Assembly (NCBI RefSeq): GCF_000020385.1
Contig: NC_010814.1
Location: 2,580,001-2,612,000 of the forward strand
Source of the DNA: Trichlorobacter lovleyi SZ
Lineage (GTDB): Bacteria > Desulfobacterota > Desulfuromonadia > Geobacterales > Pseudopelobacteraceae
Direction: 5' to 3'
DNA length: 32,000 nt
Shown one piece after another: positions 16,773 through 23,368 of the stretch; position 1 is the stretch's first letter; each line of letters starts with the position of its first letter. The notes beneath the pieces were generated by a model, which did no database searches, was not told the DNA's origin, and saw nothing but the letters and a program-made list of their open reading frames with translations. Both the position numbers and the translations under genes were made by a program.

Positions 16773-17186
16773 TCAGTCCTGCTCCTGCGCATGCAGAGTA
16801 TCGGCATGGCACCGTTCAATCGTATCAAACAGCCTGTCCAGGTCAGCCGGTTTGATGATGTAATCGTAAAAGCCGATGGCGTTGAACCGGTCCAGATAGC
16901 CCTTTTCACTGTAGCCGGTGAGCACGATGAAACTGGTAGCGGGCTGCAGCTCCCTGATCCGCTCGGCCATCTCGATACCGTTCATGACCGGCATGTTGAT
17001 GTCCGTAAGGACGATCTCCGGCGCATGCTCCCGGAACAGCTCAAGGCCACGCTGGCCGTTGTCGGCGGTGTAGACCTGGGCCCCGGAAAACTCCCTGGCG
17101 AGCATGCGGCCAATGGCGTGGCAGACAACCGCGTCATCCTCCACAAAAAGCAGCTTGAAGCGGGCTGAGGCGCGGGAATGTTCCAT
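16773..17186 (-). CDS. response regulator, receiver domain only
   Basis: Start set at ATG 17186 (MEHSRASARFKLLFVEDD), 1 nt after the kinase stop. LLFVEDD..VLTDINMP..IVLTGY..IIKP receiver landmarks; no output domain. Confidence 0.85.
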   Translation of the reverse strand: MEHSRASARFKLLFVEDDAVVCHAIGRMLAREFSGAQVYTADNGQRGLELFREHAPEIVLTDINMPVMNGIEMAERIRELQPATSFIVLTGYSEKGYLDRFNAIGFYDYIIKPADLDRLFDTIERCHADTLHAQEQD

Positions 17187-17187
17187 A

Positions 17188-18294
17188 TCAGACCTCGATT
17201 CTGAATTCTGCACCATCGGCGGTGTTACGCACGCTGATGCAGCCCCCCATATTCTTCTCAATAATGGTTTTGGCCAGAAACAGACCGACCCCGGTCCCTT
17301 TGCCGAGCGCCTTGGTGGTAAAGAACGGGTCAAAAATCTTGGCCATGATCTCCTCGTTGATGCCGCCGCCGTTGTCGCTGATGGTCACCATGGCCCGCCC
17401 TTCTTCGGACCAGGAACGCACAACAATCCGGGGGTCGCCGGGCTGCCGCTCCTGCAGGGCATCCTTGGCATTCAGAATCAGGTTCATCAGCACCTGACCG
17501 AATTCATTGGGATAACCGTTGATCTGCGGTTCACCGCCAGTTTCAACCTCCAGACTGATGCCGCTGTTTTTCAGGCTCTCTTCCAGAATCTGCACCGTGT
17601 CGGCAATGACCTGTTCCACCTTGAACAGACTCTTTTCCTTGTCCGGGACGTTGTAGTTCTGGAAGACGGTAATGGTCTGGGACAGGTGCTGCAGGACCCC
17701 CATGGCAGAGGAGATATTGGCATCCAGCAGCTCCTTGCTCAGTTCGCCGTGGCGGTGGGAAAAACCGATTTCCTGCACCTTGACCCCGACCACATTGAGG
17801 GGCTGACGCCACTGATGGGCGATGTTGCCCAGCATCTCTCCCATGGCCGCCATGCGGCTCTGCTGGATCAGCAGCTGCTGTTTTTCCCGCAGCTCCTCCA
17901 TGGCCTGCTGGCGTGCTGTGGTCTCTGTCTGCAGCTCAGCATAGGTCCGCTGCAGCTGGACGTTCTGCTGCTGCAGTTCAGCGGCCCGCTCCGCCAGGGC
18001 CGTGTTCAGCCTTTCAACCTCCCTGGCCGAGCTGTGCAGCGGCCGGGCAACCCAAAACCAGATAAACGGCGCACTGATCAGCACCAGCAGCACCGAATCG
18101 GCAAAGTTGTCAACAAAGGCGATCGAGGTATGGAAAATCAGCGGCAGGACGAACATCACCAGCGCCTCGGCAAGAAACAGCACCACCATCAGGCTTACGA
18201 TCAGGCGTATGGGTGATACAACCCTGGGCGGTTCACTGCCGATCTCCCTTCCTGTTGCTGACAGCTCCATGGCCTCACCTCGCTTTCTTCCCAT
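17188..18294 (-). CDS. membrane sensor histidine kinase
   Basis: Two N-terminal hydrophobic helices and a coiled segment. H-box NIAHQWRQPLN, N-box VLMNLILNAKDAL, G-boxes DNGGGIN and GTGVGLFLAK. Alternative start at 18270. Confidence 0.85.
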   Translation of the reverse strand: MGRKRGEAMELSATGREIGSEPPRVVSPIRLIVSLMVVLFLAEALVMFVLPLIFHTSIAFVDNFADSVLLVLISAPFIWFWVARPLHSSAREVERLNTALAERAAELQQQNVQLQRTYAELQTETTARQQAMEELREKQQLLIQQSRMAAMGEMLGNIAHQWRQPLNVVGVKVQEIGFSHRHGELSKELLDANISSAMGVLQHLSQTITVFQNYNVPDKEKSLFKVEQVIADTVQILEESLKNSGISLEVETGGEPQINGYPNEFGQVLMNLILNAKDALQERQPGDPRIVVRSWSEEGRAMVTISDNGGGINEEIMAKIFDPFFTTKALGKGTGVGLFLAKTIIEKNMGGCISVRNTADGAEFRIEV

Positions 18295-18345
18295 TCCCTC
18301 TTCCCAAACAGCAGAAGGAACAGCACACTGTCTGTTATAGCCCTC

Positions 18346-18723
18346 TTACTTCCATTTCCAAGCAGTCAATTTGTATGGCGCGTCCTTGTTCCAGGCCTGC
18401 CACCAGACCGTTGCCTCTGCTTTTTTGCGCTTACCGTTCAGTTTCACCTTCAGCGCAAGGTGATAGTTCATGCCGGAGACAACCTGTTCTTCGGCACTGA
18501 TGATGGTGACCAGGCTTAGTTTTGTTGCTGTTTTCAGCTCTTTCTCGATCACCTTTGCCTGTTCAGCAACGGCAAAATGTGCCGCAGCAACCACCTCCGG
18601 TTTGGTTACCGCTGCCAAAGTCCAGCCGCCGGAGATCTGCTCTTGCGCCAGACAATCGCCGTCAAGCAGTACAGTAAAAAGGGTAATCAACAGGACGCAG
18701 AGTGGAATAATCAGCTTCTTCAT
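18346..18723 (-). CDS. secreted cystatin-like protein (putative cysteine-protease inhibitor fold)
   Basis: Signal peptide, then GGW..VVAAAHFAVAEQ..EEQVVSGMNYHLALKV..VWWQAWNKDAPYKLTAWKW. This gives a QxVxG hairpin motif with the flanking pattern typical of cystatins. Confidence 0.6.
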   Translation of the reverse strand: MKKLIIPLCVLLITLFTVLLDGDCLAQEQISGGWTLAAVTKPEVVAAAHFAVAEQAKVIEKELKTATKLSLVTIISAEEQVVSGMNYHLALKVKLNGKRKKAEATVWWQAWNKDAPYKLTAWKWK

Positions 18724-18781
18724 CTGTTTTCCTTTCCGGGTTTGGCGCGCTTACCACCTGCGGCACGGGAGCTTCACAGGA

Positions 18782-19024
18782 CTAAAGGGAAAACAGCAAT
18801 CCCTTTTCCGGATAATGCTGTACGTTTCTGGTGGCGACCTTATACCCCTTAACCAGTGCCGTTGCAGCAATCAGGCAGTCAAGCGATGTAAGCGTCACAC
18901 CTCTGGCTCGATATTTCCGGTACAATTCACCACCCTTACCTGCGATCTCCGGGGTAACCGGTTCAACAGTGCAGGCCTCTATAAAGTTATACCCCCTGAC
19001 GATCCAACTGTCCGGGTGATATTG
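18782..19024 (-). pseudogene. 5'-truncated vapC (PIN-domain toxin) remnant
   Basis: Hand translation: an 80-codon open frame without any start codon, QYHPDSWIVRGYNFIEACTVEPVTPEIAGKGGELYRKYRARGVTLTSLDCLIAATALVKGYKVATRNVQHYPEKGLLFSL*. This matches the C-terminal two thirds of VapC proteins (..G......D.LIAATAL......TRN..). It is bounded upstream by an in-frame TGA (19025-19027) and the neighbouring gene's stop at 19065. Confidence 0.6.
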
Positions 19025-19064
19025 TCACTGCCTCGAAAAAGCAAATTCTTATCCCTATCCCTCT

Positions 19065-19475
19065 TTATTTCGTTATCCATCCATACTGTGAGAGCTTGTG
19101 GAATACACTGCCGAATAAAGCCTCACAGGCTTGGCTCTTGTTGACGCCCGGATTCAATTTTTGAGCTACAACGCCGATATTGTACCAACCCGGAAAAGAC
19201 TGGGCGGCGGTATCCGACCTAAAGCAACCGAAGTTGGAATTGTGGCGGGGGTAAAGGAGTGCACAAGTATAGACAATCGTGCTTGCCGGCTTCACATTCT
19301 GATAGAATTTCATTTTAACCTCAGTCCAGAGCCCCCACTCCCAAGGAACCCACCCCGTCGAAACAATGGTCAGATCGCAGGAAAACGTATCATTCGACCA
19401 GTCGGCGGCCCGCGCCGTTGACACCGAAAAGCAGATGACCAGGGCCAGACATGCGGCGAGAACCGGATTTTTCAT
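19065..19475 (-). CDS. secreted Cys/Trp-rich hypothetical protein
   Basis: Start set at ATG 19475 (MKNPVLAACLALVICFSVSTARA), after GGAGGAGG. No recognisable family. Confidence 0.6.
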   Translation of the reverse strand: MKNPVLAACLALVICFSVSTARAADWSNDTFSCDLTIVSTGWVPWEWGLWTEVKMKFYQNVKPASTIVYTCALLYPRHNSNFGCFRSDTAAQSFPGWYNIGVVAQKLNPGVNKSQACEALFGSVFHKLSQYGWITK

Positions 19476-19638
19476 AACAACCTCCTCCAAAACGAATCTT
19501 GTACTGTATTTCAATCGGGAAATGCGGTGAGCCCGCCCGCATACAAGAGACTCAACTCTTTTACAGCAATATGCTTGCCAACATCAAAACACTGGAATGA
19601 CACATGATAATCCAACTCTGCCCGCCAACTTCCGTCCG

Positions 19639-19660
19639 CGCCGCCAACCGGTTGGCGGCG
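19639..19660. repeat. 22-nt perfect palindrome CGCCGCCAACCGGTTGGCGGCG
   Basis: Self-complementary when read directly. Lies in a ~430-nt stretch with no convincing ORF. Confidence 0.9.
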
Positions 19661-19908
19661 ACATGTCTCGCCCTTTCGGGATGACCATGGTGGTGAAACA
19701 TGTTTGACGGTGATCATGCCCTGGCCGCCTTACTCCTTTTGTACTTAGGATCGATGACACGTTCGAGATAGCCCAGAGACTGGATGAGGAGCCAGGAGAT
19801 GAAAAAATACAGTGGGTCAATGGGGTCAGGCAGTCAAGTTCAGTTGCGATACTGTTTAACGTAAACTGGATTTTCATCTGCATTACGTCCTTTTTCACAC
19901 GGCCTACC

Positions 19909-20937
19909 TCAGATGGCCGTCAGTTCTCCAAATTTTTTCGTGGCAGCCAAGCCTGCCTCAGCTCGCTTTTTCCATGCACCGCCTTTGCTGATCAATTCCT
20001 TCCAGGACTGCTGCAGTTCAAACGGACGTTCCCGATCAAAATACGACAGTATCTGGTATGCCTGGTAGAGATCCTTGTGGGTCTTTGCACCGGACGTAAC
20101 ATCTCTAAGCTGGGAAACAATCAGCTTGTGCAGGCCAAAAACAAGCGGTTGCGGCACCATAACGGCTATGGCATCACCGTTGATAACGCAACAAGGGATC
20201 GGGTCTGTAATAAGATAGTCCAGATGGCTAAGCGGTTGTGCTGCCGCATTCAGCCGGGGAATAAACACAGGGTCTTCACTTTGGGATATTTTGGGAGTCA
20301 ACAAATCAACCCGCAACGGACTCTTGCGAACAGCAAAGGTGGTGGAAGGATGTGCCGGATTCAGCCTGGGAACCGGAAAAAACCCCATTGAAAGGCTTTC
20401 CAGTGCCTTTGGTATATCTGCACGTATGCCGGGTACCGCAATACTCACGTTCCGCTCTGCGGCAACATCAATATCCAGCGTTCCAAGGGTTGTTTCATCC
20501 CAACGGACACCAAGCAGATTGCCGATACAACCAAAGGCATGGGTACCGATCAGAACGCCGCCTACCCTGAAGACTGCTGAATCCGCCAGCTCACGTATAA
20601 CCCGGGCAACCGGATGGGAGGCAGTGGCAATACGCCCTGCCTTTAACTGGGCGCAGAGTTCCCGTATGCCGATCGGGTCCTGCTGGTTCTCTGTATGTTC
20701 AATTTTGTGCTGGCGTACCAGCTCTTCCAGCGCAGCTGTTTTCTGTCCCAGACAGATACTGCGCTTTGTCCCGCCTGCAACATAGTGCTGAAAATAAAGG
20801 TAATCCCTGCCGTTAATGGACTTGGTAGAAAAAGATCCTTCAAGATTGCCGATGTTTCGCTGGGCTTCACGCACTGCCAGCCGTTCCATCAGCTCTGCAA
20901 AGAGGGTTCTGGTTTCAATGGAAAGCTCGTCAAGCAC
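19909..20937 (-). CDS. nucleotidyltransferase-fold protein (GSU2403-like / AbiEii-like architecture)
   Basis: 342 aa with a GTG start. NTase-type motif VLIGTHAFGCIGNLLGVRWDETTLGTLDIDVA (G[ST]..DxD). Family name is from memory, not searched. Confidence 0.55.
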   Translation of the reverse strand: MLDELSIETRTLFAELMERLAVREAQRNIGNLEGSFSTKSINGRDYLYFQHYVAGGTKRSICLGQKTAALEELVRQHKIEHTENQQDPIGIRELCAQLKAGRIATASHPVARVIRELADSAVFRVGGVLIGTHAFGCIGNLLGVRWDETTLGTLDIDVAAERNVSIAVPGIRADIPKALESLSMGFFPVPRLNPAHPSTTFAVRKSPLRVDLLTPKISQSEDPVFIPRLNAAAQPLSHLDYLITDPIPCCVINGDAIAVMVPQPLVFGLHKLIVSQLRDVTSGAKTHKDLYQAYQILSYFDRERPFELQQSWKELISKGGAWKKRAEAGLAATKKFGELTAI

Positions 20938-20938
20938 A

Positions 20939-20972
20939 TTTAACCCCTGTTAATATTTATTCAGGGGTTAAA
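20939..20972 (-). promoter_or_regulatory. 11-bp perfect hairpin abutting the start codon of the nucleotidyltransferase-fold gene
   Basis: Arms TTTAACCCCTG (20939-20949) and CAGGGGTTAAA (20962-20972) with a 12-nt AT loop. On the mRNA strand the 3' arm contains the only SD-like AGGGG, 6 nt before the GTG. Confidence 0.5.
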
Positions 20973-21045
20973 ATACCCCGTAAGACAACAAAGGTCAACA
21001 CTGATACGGATGCAAGATCAAGAAAACCTCTCTTGATTCCATTCG

Positions 21046-21435
21046 TTACGTTCGCAACAGCATCATGATGAAGCCAACCATACCGGATGCCCCCAGCAGC
21101 AGATAGAGCCAGGCCAGAGACTTGGGAAATGGCTGTGTGGATGACTCAAAATCATTCATCAGCTCCTCTTCCTCCGGCAGCAGTTCCTGCCGTAATATCC
21201 GGCAGGCATATTCAGCACAGCTTTCAGGTACGTTCACCTTGATACCACCAAGGGCGTTTGCATACAGACTGTTTATGCCAATCGTGTACTCGTCAGCCAG
21301 AAACACCGGGATGTCATAGAACTCCAGCTCACTTTTAGCCAGACCTGCCTCATAGGGTGTACCGTACACCGCCACCGTAACCATAGGTTCCGCAACATCG
21401 CTTATTTCATCATTCTTTGCTTCAGCGTTTTTCAT
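21046..21435 (-). CDS. DUF2007-like (putative signal-transducing) domain protein with C-terminal membrane anchor
   Basis: VAVYGTPYEAGLAKSELEFYDIPVFLADE..GGIKVNVPESCAEYACRIL pattern, then the hydrophobic tail LAWLYLLLGASGMVGFIMMLL. Confidence 0.55.
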   Translation of the reverse strand: MKNAEAKNDEISDVAEPMVTVAVYGTPYEAGLAKSELEFYDIPVFLADEYTIGINSLYANALGGIKVNVPESCAEYACRILRQELLPEEEELMNDFESSTQPFPKSLAWLYLLLGASGMVGFIMMLLRT

Positions 21436-21570
21436 GGTGAGATCTTTGTGTTTCAGCCGATTAAATCTGTTTCTCTAGCGGGGCCGGCAGAACAGCGGCG
21501 GATTAGGCGGCTGCTTCTGTCTTGTTGGGCACCCATGTCTCGTGTCAAGGGCTGACCCCGCTGCGGCTCT

Positions 21571-21606
21571 CTGAGACTTCCCATGACCCCTGAGACTTCC
21601 TTGACC
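21571..21606. repeat. tandem imperfect direct repeat CTGAGACTTCC(C)(A/T)TGACC x2
   Basis: Copies at 21571-21588 and 21590-21606 differ by one indel and one substitution. They lie 4 nt beyond the deaminase stop and upstream of the DUF2007-like gene. Confidence 0.8.
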
Positions 21607-21610
21607 ACCT

Positions 21611-22195
21611 TTATTTCCAGTAGGCCCTGTGGGGCGCGAGCAGTTCGTCTTCAAGTTCCGGAACGGGGCCTACTACCCTGATGGGCTTCTGCCCTGCCGT
21701 GAAGACTGTTCGACACGGCAGGTTCATCGTGGGGTTTCTCTTGTCGGCGCCGGTCAGTTTCTTCGCAGTGATTTCCTCAACGCCATAGACCACGTTTCCA
21801 ATGTTGGCCCAATAGATGTTTCCAGCGCACATGGCACATGGTTCGACATTCGTCACAAGGGTACACTTCCACAAGTAGTCGGGGTCGTATTTAACAAATG
21901 CCTGCCGTGCAATCACTGTTTCTGCATGGTCCATCAAACTCACGTTTCCCTGTTTCATCAGCACCGTCTCGCCATCCGGTGCCACAAGCACTGCGCCAAA
22001 GGGCGGGTGATCAGATTTCATCGCTTCCTTGGCGGCTTCATTGGCAGTCCTCAGATGTTTGATGACCTGCTGGTGATTGAGGGGAAACCCCTCCAGATCC
22101 GAAGAGGTTTTCCAGTTCCAGGAGCCGTTCCCAACGCAGGCGCCCAGAGTCAAAAGCAGGAATGCGAACGAAACTGTCATTGCGATTTTCTTCAT
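21611..22195 (-). CDS. lipoprotein-anchored CDA-fold (cytidine/deoxycytidylate-type) nucleoside/nucleobase deaminase
   Basis: Signal peptide with lipobox LTLGAC. Zinc motifs HAE (MDHAETVIARQ) and PCxxC (EPCAMCAG). Confidence 0.8.
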   Translation of the reverse strand: MKKIAMTVSFAFLLLTLGACVGNGSWNWKTSSDLEGFPLNHQQVIKHLRTANEAAKEAMKSDHPPFGAVLVAPDGETVLMKQGNVSLMDHAETVIARQAFVKYDPDYLWKCTLVTNVEPCAMCAGNIYWANIGNVVYGVEEITAKKLTGADKRNPTMNLPCRTVFTAGQKPIRVVGPVPELEDELLAPHRAYWK

Positions 22196-22302
22196 TTCAA
22201 TTCTCTCCTCCCGTTTATTAGTTCATGGGGGCACGTGGGCCTAATCGTCTACCCAAAATGACATTTGACACTTTCTCCTATGATGCCGCCCAACGGGGCT
22301 GA

Positions 22303-22329
22303 GGCACCAGCGGCTTGACCGCTGTTGCC
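22303..22329 (-). terminator. stem-loop 5 nt downstream of the HEPN-like gene stop
   Basis: Arms GGCACCAGCGG and CCGCTGTTGCC pair at 10 of 11 positions, with a 5-nt loop. No U-tract, so intrinsic-terminator function is uncertain. Confidence 0.35.
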
Positions 22330-22334
22330 GATGG

Positions 22335-23303
22335 TTAGAAGTCTCCGCCTCTTCTCTCTGCCAGCCGCGAGTTAATGTCGATTGCGAACTGTTCAATCTT
22401 TTGACAAAGCTCCGTAATCTCACTTGTTGTGACAGATATAGGCTTTCCAGATTTATCGTGGCCGCTTCTGTGTACTATGTCATGTCGTTTTAGGATCGGT
22501 TCATCGAACGGTTTGAAACTTGGCGGTTCTATGCAAAGTCCAAATTTGAGTAGAGGAACTACCTTGTCCCACTTATGCCAAATAAGGTTCTGAAGGTATC
22601 CTTTTACTTGCTCCTTCAGATTTTTGTGTTTCTCAAATATCTCCCCCAGCTTCATCGGTTGATCTTTTAGGGCTGGGATGTTGGTAACAATGTTACGAAC
22701 AGTGTCATCATCATTCTCGACACTATAATCGACGGTTTCCCAAAGAAATGCTTCGAAAGCTGCGATAGCAGCACCAAAGACCAGGTTAATTGCTAGTCTT
22801 CTTGCATTTTCGTCGCCTTGCAGTGTTAATACGAGTTGGGCGTGCTCTAACCGTTCTTTCAGTTTGTCGAGAGGCTCATTACGTGCATGCAATTGTAGGT
22901 CGAAGCGTTCATCATAATCAAAGTCATCGAAATGGGCGTACCGAATTGGTGCCCATTTATCGCCAACTTCCGAATATAAATCGTCAATAATGTCTTGAAT
23001 GATCTCATCGCTAACTATCCCAGAGAAGCGATCAGGAAGAACAACAGCGGGATCATACGGACCACCGTGAATAAAGAGGTATCCACCTTCCCTTGTGTTG
23101 TATGGTGTTTCGTGGGCAGGGTCACAGTATCGTGCATAGAACCAGCACTTTACAGCCGTTGCCTGATCTACCTCGTCTGCAGATTCAAGCCAATGGTCAT
23201 TTGGGTCAAATGGGCCATCTACATCGAAAGGATTGAATGCCTCAGGAGGCAAATTTGCCAGTTCGTTACCATCATCGATATGATCATTCCATCCCATAAT
23301 CAT
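22335..23303 (-). CDS. hypothetical protein: acidic N-terminal domain of unknown family plus C-terminal HEPN-like domain
   Basis: 322 aa in the most AT-rich gene of the window. The C-terminal segment ..PILKRHDIVHRSGHDKSGKPISVTTSEITELCQKIEQFAIDI.. carries an Rx4H motif in an all-helical context, as in RiboL-PSP/Abi-type HEPN domains. Confidence 0.4.
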   Translation of the reverse strand: MIMGWNDHIDDGNELANLPPEAFNPFDVDGPFDPNDHWLESADEVDQATAVKCWFYARYCDPAHETPYNTREGGYLFIHGGPYDPAVVLPDRFSGIVSDEIIQDIIDDLYSEVGDKWAPIRYAHFDDFDYDERFDLQLHARNEPLDKLKERLEHAQLVLTLQGDENARRLAINLVFGAAIAAFEAFLWETVDYSVENDDDTVRNIVTNIPALKDQPMKLGEIFEKHKNLKEQVKGYLQNLIWHKWDKVVPLLKFGLCIEPPSFKPFDEPILKRHDIVHRSGHDKSGKPISVTTSEITELCQKIEQFAIDINSRLAERRGGDF

Positions 23304-23324
23304 TTTCTTTCTAACTCGTAATTG

Positions 23325-23348
23325 ACCAGTTCACGCGCGTGAACTGGT
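23325..23348. repeat. 24-nt perfect palindrome ACCAGTTCACGCGCGTGAACTGGT
   Basis: Self-complementary. Sits in the 65-nt gap between the large-subunit stop (23369) and the HEPN-like gene start (23303), at the G+C composition change. Confidence 0.9.
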
Positions 23349-23368
23349 GATCTTCCCAAATGGAACAT

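Noticed and set aside
17104-18216. 370-aa plus-strand ORF
   Set aside because: It is antisense to the histidine kinase and response regulator, which carry complete H/N/G boxes and receiver landmarks. Its product is Q/H/L-rich and featureless.
19511-19898. ORFs 19511-19717 (68 aa) and 19584-19898 (104 aa), minus strand
   Set aside because: They overlap each other, lack a Shine-Dalgarno sequence, and have implausible compositions (S/P/G/R-rich). The region is treated as non-coding or decayed; see the finding on 19476-19908.
18346-23348. Integrase, transposase, tRNA gene or flanking direct repeats that would define the islet as a classical genomic island or prophage remnant
   Set aside because: I looked on both strands and found none. 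The islet is reported only as compositionally distinct accessory DNA.
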